Source of the DNA: a virus
Taxonomy: Duplodnaviria > Caudoviricetes
IMG/VR virus record: IMGVR_UViG_3300028188_000468
Coordinates: 1 to 38,099 of that record
Length of the DNA stretch: 38,099 bases
Strand: one strand, 5' to 3'
This document shows, one piece after another, positions 19,105-28,777 of this stretch. Position numbers and translations under genes: made by a program. Numbering within the stretch: position 1 is the stretch's first letter; each line of letters opens with the position of its first letter. The notes below the pieces were generated by a model. That model searched no databases. It saw nothing but the letters and a program-made list of their open reading frames with translations, and was not told the origin of the DNA.

Positions 19105-19754
19105 TGGCTATACCTATTCAATTTAGAAAAGGCACTGCCGCAGAATGGGCCGATGCAGATCCGGTTCTTTTTGAAGGAGAGCTTGGCCTTCTTCTTTCAG
19201 ACGATCCAGACACCCAGTTAATGAAAATGGGTGATGGAATCCTTAAATGGAGCGAACTCCCTTGGGCTTCTCGTGGTCCCAGGGGTTTTGATTTTGAATT
19301 TGAATGGACAGGCACAGTCCTTGGAGTGAAGACTACTGATGAAGAACTCTTTACAGAAGTCGATCTCAAGGGAGAGCAAGGCATCCAAGGAATTCAAGGC
19401 ATCCAGGGCATCCAAGGTGTTCAAGGTCTTAAGGGCGATACAGGAGATCAAGGACTTAAAGGAGATACCGGAGATCAGGGCATTCAGGGCATTCAGGGTG
19501 TCAAGGGAGATACCGGGGATCAAGGTATCCAGGGTATCAAGGGTGATACTGGAAGCCAGGGAATTCAAGGAATCCAAGGAATCCAAGGCGAAACCGGGGA
19601 CCCGGGGGCCATGACTGAAGGGAAAATATGGGTCGGGAATAGCGCGGGTCTTGCAGAAGAAAGAGACGCTTCCCCTATTGTTCTTTCCGGAACCGGAGAT
19701 CCTCCATCGGTTGTTGGGCTTGCCGTTGGAACCCTATATTTTAAGCATGAATAA
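19104..19754 (+). CDS. Collagen-like tail fibre with Mtd_N/hyaluronidase-N-like head
   Basis: [25 protein letters not shown]...KMGDG...WSELPW; 27 Gly-X-Y triplets; ends GTLYFKHE. Confidence 0.85.
   Translation: MAIPIQFRKGTAAEWADADPVLFEGELGLLLSDDPDTQLMKMGDGILKWSELPWASRGPRGFDFEFEWTGTVLGVKTTDEELFTEVDLKGEQGIQGIQGIQGIQGVQGLKGDTGDQGLKGDTGDQGIQGIQGVKGDTGDQGIQGIKGDTGSQGIQGIQGIQGETGDPGAMTEGKIWVGNSAGLAEERDASPIVLSGTGDPPSVVGLAVGTLYFKHE
19371..19613 (+). repeat. Collagen-like (Gly-X-Y)27 coding repeat
   Basis: Uninterrupted GIQ/GDT/GDQ-type triplets from GEQ to GAM. Confidence 0.95.
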
Positions 19755-19768
19755 GGAGAATACAGACA

Positions 19769-21529
19769 ATGATTTATGACCTACCATTAATCGGCAGCGC
19801 TGCGCGGGCTTCCTGGTATGCTCAACAGGACAATATATGTTCCGTCGAGGCAGATGTTTTTAAAAATCCCCACGAATTCCTTTTCATAGGGAATGCCGCC
19901 GCTCCAACCGCCGGAGCCCCATGGACGTTTACAATGGATTTTCAGTCAGCAATGGCTTTAGAGACATTCTACTGGCATATATACAGTACGGACGAACCGC
20001 CGAGTGATCTTAAAATTTATGGATCTGCAACAGGGGCATTTGCTGGGGAAGAAACTTTAATTGAAACACTAACCGGAATTGTCTCAACGTCATCCGACGA
20101 GTATGTTGCCTATGCGATAGGCACCCCGCAAAGCTTTAGATACTACATGTTTGAAATATTAAGTTTTGTGACCCCTTCAACCAAACCAAGTTATTTCTAT
20201 GGAATCTCCTTTGAATTTGGAACAGGGGATTACACCTTTAACACAACGACGGAATACGTCGAACCTTTGAATAAAATAGAAGGCACAGGCTGGATCTATT
20301 GTTTAAGGGACGATGTGTACGGAACGGATTATGAGACACGTTGTAAGGCTTTGCTCTCCTTGTTTGTAGAAGATTTAGGCTGGGATGTTGACATCATAAC
20401 GTATCCATCAAAACTGCTATTAAAATCGGATGGGTTAAATAATGATCAGCCTTGGGGATATGTTGTATGTGAAATAGTCAGCGCCGGTGAGTTGGATTTT
20501 CAAAAGGCTTACGGATACTGGGATGTTGCGGCAAAAACAGGTTCAATGCTCATAGCACAAGGCAGTTCTTATGCGTCAGATTATAGTAACGTGGAGGTAC
20601 AAAATTCGGACCCATGGACTATGATTTGTCGGGGAAACAGAGACTTATTTCAACTGGTGGCGCCAAACCATGTAACGGGATCTTATGACAGAGGAATGTC
20701 TATGATGGGTCATTGGCCTCGTAATGCCGATCTTACCCCGGCACACACGACCTTTGTCGGTGCTGAGGTTGCGGCAACTGGCCCTAATATTTTAGTGGCC
20801 AGTTCTGCTGGCTTTGAAGTGGGTGGCTATTACATGATATGGGGAGCTGATGGAGAAGGTCAGGACTATGGTGTTCTATGTACCGCGATTCCAGATGCAA
20901 CACATGTCACGATTGATTCTCTTCCAAGAAATTATTCCGCTGGGTCTTTCATTGGAAACTCCGTAATGAACTTTTTCAGGAAATCTGGGGCTATGTATAA
21001 TCTTGGGCATGGGAAAAAAAGTGGTCTTGTTGAACCGACAACCGCTGATGTCTTTGAGTTTGAATATATGGGATACGGCTTTAGGATGCCTGATGGCATT
21101 CAAAACAAGAAAATATTGGCCCCTCTTATGGTTAGAAATAATGCCTCTGTTCAAGGCGGCATTTCTGTCCCGGATAAAATATTATGTGGTAATTATGATA
21201 CCGACGCCCTGTATATGTACCTGATCGGAACAGTAAACCCGAGAGATATTGGAACAGTGACCAGTGCAGCCGCCAAGACTTTGACAGATACGGCCAAAGC
21301 TTGGACAATCAATGAACATGCAGGGCGCTACGCTTATATTTCTGCGGGAACTGGTTATTCTATTGCCGGGAATTTCATAAAGATCGTTTCAAATACGGCA
21401 GATACATTGACCGTGGAATACGATTGGATAGACGTCCTTGCAGTTGGTGACTCCTTTAGCATTGCAGATGAAATCTGGCAATCAGGAGTTGGCTATGATC
21501 TCATGGCTTTCAAGTGTGGGGGAGCGTAA
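19769..21529 (+). CDS. Putative receptor-binding/tail protein with discoidin (F5/8C)-like N-terminal domain
   Basis: WTFTMDF...PSDLKIYGS...SFRYYMFEI; C-terminal TLTDTAKAWTINEHAG...IVSNTADTLTV module typical of phage tail proteins. Confidence 0.65.
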   Translation: MIYDLPLIGSAARASWYAQQDNICSVEADVFKNPHEFLFIGNAAAPTAGAPWTFTMDFQSAMALETFYWHIYSTDEPPSDLKIYGSATGAFAGEETLIETLTGIVSTSSDEYVAYAIGTPQSFRYYMFEILSFVTPSTKPSYFYGISFEFGTGDYTFNTTTEYVEPLNKIEGTGWIYCLRDDVYGTDYETRCKALLSLFVEDLGWDVDIITYPSKLLLKSDGLNNDQPWGYVVCEIVSAGELDFQKAYGYWDVAAKTGSMLIAQGSSYASDYSNVEVQNSDPWTMICRGNRDLFQLVAPNHVTGSYDRGMSMMGHWPRNADLTPAHTTFVGAEVAATGPNILVASSAGFEVGGYYMIWGADGEGQDYGVLCTAIPDATHVTIDSLPRNYSAGSFIGNSVMNFFRKSGAMYNLGHGKKSGLVEPTTADVFEFEYMGYGFRMPDGIQNKKILAPLMVRNNASVQGGISVPDKILCGNYDTDALYMYLIGTVNPRDIGTVTSAAAKTLTDTAKAWTINEHAGRYAYISAGTGYSIAGNFIKIVSNTADTLTVEYDWIDVLAVGDSFSIADEIWQSGVGYDLMAFKCGGA

Positions 21530-21531
21530 TA

Positions 21532-21735
21532 ATGGCCTTTTCATATACAACCAGATATCCCAATGTCGGAGTTGATCGTTTTAAATTTGCTACAGATCCA
21601 ATTCCTGATCCAACGGGGGATGCAATCGCCGCCGGACTCGTAAGGGATACCCGAGTGGTTTCTATGAAAACAGATAACCCACCGCCGGACATTTCAAAAA
21701 GATTACCTCGAATGAAGGTAATAGGAGGTTCATAA
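21532..21735 (+). CDS. Small hypothetical tail protein
   Basis: GGGGGAG RBS then ATG 21532 (track uses GTG 21514). Confidence 0.55.
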   Translation: MAFSYTTRYPNVGVDRFKFATDPIPDPTGDAIAAGLVRDTRVVSMKTDNPPPDISKRLPRMKVIGGS

Positions 21736-21736
21736 A

Positions 21737-21919
21737 ATGGCTTTTTCACCTGCTATCCGGTTGGAATTTGAGTTTGATGACGTCCCCTTACCCTGGATTT
21801 TAAAAGAAGATGGATGGAAGAAGTGTAATGAAGGATACATTCTCTCTGAGGCTGGATGGTGCAAGATAGTTACGGGCTCAGTTGTGACAGACGATGGGCT
21901 GAAAGTCTTTAAAAACTAA
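21737..21919 (+). CDS. Small protein with DGWK/AGWC repeats, fibre-tip-like
   Basis: GGAGG RBS; WILKEDGWKK...YILSEAGWCK...VVTDDGLK triple repeat. Confidence 0.6.
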   Translation: MAFSPAIRLEFEFDDVPLPWILKEDGWKKCNEGYILSEAGWCKIVTGSVVTDDGLKVFKN

Positions 21920-21931
21920 GGCAGGAGAATT

Positions 21932-24055
21932 ATGCTATTATTTACAGATGGCTTTGAAGGGATCAGACCCTCAGATATTGGGCGCAAATGGGGCCTTTCC
22001 GGATGGAGTTCATATACATACGAAGATGATAAGATCATGCTTTTAACGGGTTATGACACTTCGGTAAGCCCAAATCAATCGTATTCCAGAAGGGACGGGG
22101 GCAGGGCCTTATATAATAATAATTATTCTGCCTTGTCCTTAAAAACATATATAAGAAAATCAAGGACGGTCTTTGTAGGCTTTGGTTTCCGTCACCGTTC
22201 AGACCTGCACACACTCCGTGATCAGGTGATTAACTTTTATACAAGGACATTCCCCGGGGTCCCGGGTGAAATGTACGGCGTCAGGGAGGATACCCACGCC
22301 CTTGTCGCGACCTGTACCCTTTCTGTTAATGACGGAACAACTATAAATATCGTATGGACATTTCCGAGTGAATATTGCGCCAATGCCTACGGCCAATTAA
22401 ATTCTAATACTCAGATAGGAAATGGGGACTGGCAATATTTTCAGCTTGGAATAACTCTTCACGGCAATAATCCAGGTGGAGCCCAGGCGTGGGTTGAAAA
22501 TAGAATAGGCACCTATATCACAGACAAGATCGATAATATCTATACAGCCGCGCCGGATTCTGAAAACAGTTATTTTATTGATGCAGTTGAAATTGTTCTT
22601 GGCACCTATTCAAATATTGATGATGTCTATATTGCCAATGATGAAGGCAACGTCAACAATGATTTTCTTGGACCTATTTATATAAGAACAATTTTGCCAG
22701 AAACTCAGGGGTCATTAAATAGCGGCGTACCTGTCAATTCCAGTTTGGCAGATAGAGCCCAGCTTGTGAATACTGACATGATCGGCACATTTGAGACGAT
22801 GCCGGCAATTCCTCCAACTCCTGATGAGGATCAACATTTTATGGCATGGGAAGATCCAAGGGCAATATATTTGAAACTTCCTAAGTCTGGTGACAAGCAG
22901 TTGTTTGACTTCTCAAACCCAAACTTTGCAGGATCAGAACCAAAATTTTTCGGTGCCATTGCATATATGATGTCAAGGCCTGGTTATTATGATCAGGGGC
23001 AAACTTCCATAAATCCGCTTATGAAAAGTGGGCTTGAATACGTTGATGCGACCGTGCCATTACGCAGGCCGTTGATGTATTTGTACAATAACGAATGGGA
23101 AATGCGACGGGGTGTTTTTGAAAACCCGGACGTCAATGAGGTTTCGGGCTATTTATCTGCCATCTGGAATCGAGACGCGCTTGCCAATGCCGAATTCGGC
23201 TTAGAAGTTATTCGGGCCGTCGATGACCCTGACTCTTATTTGCCTGAACTATTAAGAGTAACATACATATTTGATGATATCCTTGAAGAGAGTATGGATC
23301 TCCTGGATGTACCCAATAGATTTTGGGAAGAACTGATGGAGCTTACTCTTGATCTATCCTCAGCCGTTGAGCTTGATCTAACCTATGCCATATACGATGC
23401 TCTTGGCTTGTCTGATGATGATGGCACCATAGGTGTCAAAGGGACCAGGAAATATGTAAATAGTATTCTTTATCTCCATGATGAAATCCCGTGGACATAC
23501 TTGTTTGTGCAGGATGAAATAGGTTTTGCTGATCAAGCACAAATCACATGGTTGCAAGTGATTGAAGAGGCCTTCAGTGCAATAGATACCGGATATCAAT
23601 TCTGGGTTGAACAGTTCCAGGACGGTTTTGACATGGCAGATGTAGACAGCCTCAGTAAGGGATTTACAATCCTGGATGATTTAGGGATGACTGATTCTGT
23701 TAAAACAAATCAAGAATTAATAGAAGATGGCTTCCAGATGGATTCATCCTATATTTTTAGCGGGCATGAGCTGATTGCAGAAACCTTATATCCTGATTCA
23801 GTCTCTTTTGTAGGAATACATGAGCTGGTCCCGGAGATATTTGATTTAGAGGAAGAACACTATAATGGATGGTTTGTCGCGGTAATAAAAAACCAATTCA
23901 GCATTACTGACGAGGTATTAACTCAGCAATGGCGCCACGAATTCTTGCTTGGTCTTTGTATCAATAGCTGGCAGATAGAACCCATTGAGCAAGAATCCAA
24001 TGAGGGTGACAGGACCGGTCAGTTTGCTTCAGAATATGAAGAAAGCTTAGATTAG
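21932..24055 (+). CDS. Virion structural protein (beta-rich N-terminal region, acidic repeat C-terminal region)
   Basis: MLLFTDGFE start; IDDVYIANDEGNVNNDFLGP motif; ~19-aa acidic repeats from about 23270. Confidence 0.75.
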   Translation: MLLFTDGFEGIRPSDIGRKWGLSGWSSYTYEDDKIMLLTGYDTSVSPNQSYSRRDGGRALYNNNYSALSLKTYIRKSRTVFVGFGFRHRSDLHTLRDQVINFYTRTFPGVPGEMYGVREDTHALVATCTLSVNDGTTINIVWTFPSEYCANAYGQLNSNTQIGNGDWQYFQLGITLHGNNPGGAQAWVENRIGTYITDKIDNIYTAAPDSENSYFIDAVEIVLGTYSNIDDVYIANDEGNVNNDFLGPIYIRTILPETQGSLNSGVPVNSSLADRAQLVNTDMIGTFETMPAIPPTPDEDQHFMAWEDPRAIYLKLPKSGDKQLFDFSNPNFAGSEPKFFGAIAYMMSRPGYYDQGQTSINPLMKSGLEYVDATVPLRRPLMYLYNNEWEMRRGVFENPDVNEVSGYLSAIWNRDALANAEFGLEVIRAVDDPDSYLPELLRVTYIFDDILEESMDLLDVPNRFWEELMELTLDLSSAVELDLTYAIYDALGLSDDDGTIGVKGTRKYVNSILYLHDEIPWTYLFVQDEIGFADQAQITWLQVIEEAFSAIDTGYQFWVEQFQDGFDMADVDSLSKGFTILDDLGMTDSVKTNQELIEDGFQMDSSYIFSGHELIAETLYPDSVSFVGIHELVPEIFDLEEEHYNGWFVAVIKNQFSITDEVLTQQWRHEFLLGLCINSWQIEPIEQESNEGDRTGQFASEYEESLD

Positions 24056-24067
24056 GAGGAAACGATA

Positions 24068-25438
24068 GTGATTATCCTTTCAGAAAATTTTGATCAAGTG
24101 AAAGATACGGCTGATCTTGATGAGCTTTATGGCTACGAAGGAATTATTGGCAACAGCGGCTCCTACCCACCAATGGTGATTGCCCCTTCCGATGAATTTT
24201 TTAATGCTGAAACGTCAACCCCATTGGAATTAGGGGATCAACATAAACAATCCCTTTATGGTTATAAACAAACGAATAATCAGTTTTCCACGCCTCTTCT
24301 TCCTGATTCAAGGCGGCTTGTATTTGGGATATCTGTTGGCGGCCTTCAAATGAGAGACGGCGTTGCAGACGTTATCGCCGGGGGTGACATGCCATTCATG
24401 AAATGGACGAAAATGGATATAAAATTTGGGAATGGTATTATCAGTATGTGGGGGGATGACAATGTTTTGTTTATGATCTCTGTATATTACCGGAAAAATG
24501 GGACCATAGATATTCATTATGACAATATGGACGCGACCCTTACAGCAATTGCCCCGGACGAAGGTATCCCTATTAATAAATTCAGGAAAAATTTCCTTGA
24601 GTTTTACTCAGACTCAACCGGTGCCGAAAGCAGCAACGGAACGGTAAAGGTTGCCTTGAATGGTGTAACTATTGTCACAAAAGAAAATGTAATAAACAGC
24701 AATTATAATATTTGGAGTGGAAACCCTTCGGACCCTGGGTCATATTACAACAATGTTGCCGTTAAGTTCAGATTTCATACACTGGATTATTACCAGGCAT
24801 ATTATTCTTCCGTGAATTGGCTTATTGATCATTTCTATATATGCAACGAAGATGGTGGATACCATGATGACTTCCTGGGACCTGTTCATATCACAACCAT
24901 GTATCCGGACCCGGCACAAACCGGGGATGTAAACAATTGGATTGGATATAAGAATCAAGTTAAAGCAGATCCTCTTATTGATCCAAACGCTTCCTTGGTT
25001 AATACCCCGGCCCTTGATTTTACAGAGGAAGCACAAGATTACATCGAAGCTGACGTCGAATTGTTGCAGGAATTGTATTATATGAAAAATAATATAGCTC
25101 CTGGTCCGATAAGTTTGAGCAATCCAATTGCAGTCAATTTCACAACTTTCATTAAACATATTTTTAGTTATGATAGCGAAGATTTTGACAAAGGCCTTGT
25201 GGCTTTGACTAAGCCTTCAGGCAATATTATTTCCAGGGAAACCGGCAGTAAGATTTCAGTCGATCAGCACACATATAAACCATTGGACCTTTATTATGGG
25301 GTGGTTCCTAATCTTGCCGTGGACTGGACATGGGAGATGTTAGACGGGACTCAGTTCGGTTTTGAATCCACACAACTTGTACACCAATTATTTTTAGATG
25401 ACTCTATTGGTTTGTCCGAAATCGTCACGGAGGCTTAA
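24068..25438 (+). CDS. Virion structural protein, paralogue of 21932..24055
   Basis: MIILSENFD start; IDHFYICNEDGGYHDDFLGP; WTWEMLDGTQFGFE; GGAGGA RBS with GTG start. Confidence 0.75.
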   Translation: MIILSENFDQVKDTADLDELYGYEGIIGNSGSYPPMVIAPSDEFFNAETSTPLELGDQHKQSLYGYKQTNNQFSTPLLPDSRRLVFGISVGGLQMRDGVADVIAGGDMPFMKWTKMDIKFGNGIISMWGDDNVLFMISVYYRKNGTIDIHYDNMDATLTAIAPDEGIPINKFRKNFLEFYSDSTGAESSNGTVKVALNGVTIVTKENVINSNYNIWSGNPSDPGSYYNNVAVKFRFHTLDYYQAYYSSVNWLIDHFYICNEDGGYHDDFLGPVHITTMYPDPAQTGDVNNWIGYKNQVKADPLIDPNASLVNTPALDFTEEAQDYIEADVELLQELYYMKNNIAPGPISLSNPIAVNFTTFIKHIFSYDSEDFDKGLVALTKPSGNIISRETGSKISVDQHTYKPLDLYYGVVPNLAVDWTWEMLDGTQFGFESTQLVHQLFLDDSIGLSEIVTEA

Positions 25439-26389
25439 ATGACTGTATATCAGGATCAGGTAGAAGATTATTTGTGGTATGCCACTTATATGCAGGGCAA
25501 TGTCAATATTGCTGGCTTGGTCTATGACGACCTTTTGTATGAATATCTTGACTCTGTTGATGTTGCATACACTGTGAACGTCGATATGATCGAAGAGTCA
25601 CTTGCTCTAACAGAATCTTTTGATCCGCACCATTTTATGTTTTTAGAAGAATTTCTTGATTTCAATGAGGTCTTTGGATTCCCCTCCAGGATAAAGCAGG
25701 TTGCAATTAATGTGATTCATGAGCCCATTGTTTCACCCGTGGATCTTTGTCATATGTCCATTGATATTATTCACGGCGTCGATACTTATTGGGAAGAAAT
25801 TGGGGACAACGTACACTTTCCAACAGATGGAACGGCAACCGTTGGCCTTGCATTTTGGGATACTCTTTTCGAGAGCCTTGACCTGGAATTTGAAATGGCG
25901 CCCGGCACCCCTGGTGTTTGGAAAGCTGTTTATCCTGTATCCTCAGATATTGTCAATATGAGACATGAAGTAGATGCCCTATGGTATTTCAATAATCTAT
26001 CAGATGAAAAACTGTTTACATACGATAATGTGGCCTTTGGCTGGCATCATTTAGTAGAAATGGGCATTGTGATCACGGATAATGTACAAAGGCATCTCGG
26101 ATTCAAAGCCCTCGAACATCTTTTTTTCAATGGCAGATCTGAGGTTTCCTGGTTTGGAAATAATTACCTTCAAGACAATTTGTTTATTTATGATGACAGT
26201 AAAGGCGTTTATGGGTTTGACGAACAGGCCTTTGAATCTTTACTTCTTGACGAAAGCCTTTCTGCTCCATTCATTGAAAAACTTACAGAGCTTTTTACCG
26301 CAGTGGATGAATTCACCGATACTGGTGTCGCTGGAAATTATACCGAAAACATATCCGAAGTTTTGGAAATAAATGGGAGTGTAATTTAA
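25439..26389 (+). CDS. Acidic repeat tail protein
   Basis: Periodic units such as IEESLALTE, LEEFLDFNE, LFESLDLE and AFESLLLDE. Confidence 0.7.
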   Translation: MTVYQDQVEDYLWYATYMQGNVNIAGLVYDDLLYEYLDSVDVAYTVNVDMIEESLALTESFDPHHFMFLEEFLDFNEVFGFPSRIKQVAINVIHEPIVSPVDLCHMSIDIIHGVDTYWEEIGDNVHFPTDGTATVGLAFWDTLFESLDLEFEMAPGTPGVWKAVYPVSSDIVNMRHEVDALWYFNNLSDEKLFTYDNVAFGWHHLVEMGIVITDNVQRHLGFKALEHLFFNGRSEVSWFGNNYLQDNLFIYDDSKGVYGFDEQAFESLLLDESLSAPFIEKLTELFTAVDEFTDTGVAGNYTENISEVLEINGSVI

Positions 26390-27174
26390 TGGGACTTGTT
26401 CTTAATTTTACCATTTTAGAAGAAATGGCTTTGTCCGGAGAAAGTTCTAAATTAACCACAACCGCTTTGATAGCGGAAGATCAGCTCCCGATTGAGGATA
26501 CGGCAGCACCTACGAACGATGTCATGTTTTTAATTGAAGATGGGATCACAATAATCGATAGCAGTCTTAATTCAGCAATTTCAATAGACCTGATTGAGGA
26601 CTCTATTATAAATGCTGATTCGTCATTATTCAATCATTCCCTGCCATTCATAGTGGATGAATCTTTTGCCATTGATATCAATGGATATATTCAGGGAGTT
26701 TTTTCTCCTGTTGTCATGGATTCCTTGAATGTTTTAGCTGGCATCCTTTTGGACGAAGCCCCATATTTAATTCTTTCTCTTGATACGGAAAAGCTTTTGC
26801 CGTCTATCCACAGCTTACCTTTCTTTAATTCTTTTATTGAGTTTGATGGAGAAATATACGGATTAAATGAAAATGGTTTATTTAAGTTTACAGGGGATAC
26901 CGATGATGGGCAAACAATTCACACCGGTGTTGTCTGGAACAAAACCAATTTTGGACTTCCACGCAGTAAACGAATTAGAGCGGCCTTTGTAGACGGGATC
27001 ATTGATAAGACTGTCCTGCAAGCCACAACAAGTTCCGGGTCAGCCATTTGTACTTTAAGAAAGAATAAAATCCCTGTCGGCAGGAATCTTTATGGCCGCG
27101 ACTGGGAGATCAGGTTAGCTGAGTTTGAAAGGCTTGAATTATTTGAAATAATCCCGGTTCTTTTAAGGAGATAG
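26389..27174 (+). CDS. Tail protein: acidic repeats plus a domain resembling the C-terminal part of podovirus nozzle proteins
   Basis: FNSFIEFDGEIYGLNENGLFKFTGDTDDGQTI...TNFGLPRSKRIR. Confidence 0.65.
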   Translation: MGLVLNFTILEEMALSGESSKLTTTALIAEDQLPIEDTAAPTNDVMFLIEDGITIIDSSLNSAISIDLIEDSIINADSSLFNHSLPFIVDESFAIDINGYIQGVFSPVVMDSLNVLAGILLDEAPYLILSLDTEKLLPSIHSLPFFNSFIEFDGEIYGLNENGLFKFTGDTDDGQTIHTGVVWNKTNFGLPRSKRIRAAFVDGIIDKTVLQATTSSGSAICTLRKNKIPVGRNLYGRDWEIRLAEFERLELFEIIPVLLRR

Positions 27175-27178
27175 CAGT

Positions 27179-28768
27179 ATGAGCCAAATTTCAGAAGGGT
27201 CTGAATGGTATAGAGGGAAAACTCCTATCATTGAGGATTTTGTCAGCCAACGGCAGGGGCTATTGAATAATGTTGCCTCTCGTAATTTTACCGCAGTCCC
27301 TGGACATCTTATTGGTGGCGCCACTATTTTGGAGCTGAACATTAAACAGGCATTGTCCGGCCTGAATTATGATATCACGGCCCGGGCCATTGAGCGTGAG
27401 CTTTCACAACAGGGGATAGACTATGACCTTTTATACAAAGAATCTGTCACTGTTTGGGAGATTGAAAAGGCTGGGCTCCTGGACGCTCTTACCCGGGAAC
27501 TGGCATACAATCAGTCGGTAATGGATGGTAACGAGCAGGCCCTTGCTGCCCTGGCCGTTGAGGTTGGGTTAAGGCAAATAGCAATCCTTAATGCCAAAAC
27601 TCTCCTTGAAATTGAAACAGAAGAATTAAAAAAAGAGATTGTTGAGAATCAAGGACAGACATTCCCATATGAAGTGCAGCTGGCAGAGCAGAAACTTGTA
27701 ACCGCCCAAAAAAAGCTTGGGATCATCCCATACCTTCAGGATCTCATAACCGCCGAAGAAAGTTTGGTCACGGCTGAAACGGCCAATCTTGCGCTTAGTG
27801 AAGATTTAATTGATGAAAGACTGTCACATGTTTTTATTAAAGAACAAATAGCAGGCCTGAAAGAATATTTATTAACGATTAAGGACGCTTTGACTTCCAC
27901 AAGCTTGGGCGTTGCGGAAAAAAAATTGGCGTTGGCTTCCGCAAGGAATGAATATGAAATAAAAGCCCAAGGGAAAATTACTCCTACGAATAACCTTGTG
28001 ACCGCCATGACTGAATTAAACACGGCAATGCAATTGTATGTCACAAAAAAAGGAGAGCTGGTTGTCCCATACCTGGCGCGGGCCACAAAGATAGCGGAAC
28101 TGGTTGCACCGGCAACCGCATATTCCGCCGCTTTACTTGCTACACTTCCGTACATTGTCGCGCTGGCTACAAAAAGAGCAGATCTGGTTACTCCGAGCTT
28201 GGCAAAGGCAGCGGCGCTTGCCTTATTGATAGCACCATTACAGGCCAAAGCAGCAAAAACATTATTATATGCCGCCGAACTTACTAAACAGAACTTGATT
28301 GAACAGGATATCAAAAATATAGCCAAAGACATTGAGAACCTTAAAAAAGACGGGATTGATGCAGACCTGGAAGTTTTACAGAAAAGACTTTCTGAGGGTG
28401 ATTATCAAAAGGCCTTGCTTGAGGCCAATGTTATTTTAAATACTTTATCAGAAAATAATAAAGCAGACCTTATGGCCTTGAAGGCCACCCAGACCATTGA
28501 GTATGTGACCGAAAAAGAAGAAGGTCAGACGGCTGTAGTTGTCAAAGAAAAAGAAGCTGCAACAGGTCAAGTGGATAGTCATTATGAGGTTGCTCAAATC
28601 AGAATGGATACACGATTGGATAGTACAAGAACCACCACAGGGGCCAGGTCTGGTACAAATGGTAGCATTGAAAGGATTGGCAGGCTTCGGGCCTCCGAGC
28701 GGAAACAAACGGCAGATATAGCCGCAGCCGCAAAAATAACAAGTACATTGATTCACCAAATCAGTTAA
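27179..28768 (+). CDS. Coiled-coil internal virion/ejection protein
   Basis: Ala/Leu/Glu-rich helical sequence with 14-aa Pro-punctuated repeats; position in ejection block. Confidence 0.6.
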   Translation: MSQISEGSEWYRGKTPIIEDFVSQRQGLLNNVASRNFTAVPGHLIGGATILELNIKQALSGLNYDITARAIERELSQQGIDYDLLYKESVTVWEIEKAGLLDALTRELAYNQSVMDGNEQALAALAVEVGLRQIAILNAKTLLEIETEELKKEIVENQGQTFPYEVQLAEQKLVTAQKKLGIIPYLQDLITAEESLVTAETANLALSEDLIDERLSHVFIKEQIAGLKEYLLTIKDALTSTSLGVAEKKLALASARNEYEIKAQGKITPTNNLVTAMTELNTAMQLYVTKKGELVVPYLARATKIAELVAPATAYSAALLATLPYIVALATKRADLVTPSLAKAAALALLIAPLQAKAAKTLLYAAELTKQNLIEQDIKNIAKDIENLKKDGIDADLEVLQKRLSEGDYQKALLEANVILNTLSENNKADLMALKATQTIEYVTEKEEGQTAVVVKEKEAATGQVDSHYEVAQIRMDTRLDSTRTTTGARSGTNGSIERIGRLRASERKQTADIAAAAKITSTLIHQIS

Positions 28769-28777
28769 GGAGCGATC

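Noticed and set aside
19104-21529. Diversity-generating retroelement, suggested by the Mtd_N-like domain
   Set aside because: No reverse transcriptase, no template/variable repeat pair and no C-type lectin end seen; Mtd_N is a common fibre anchor.
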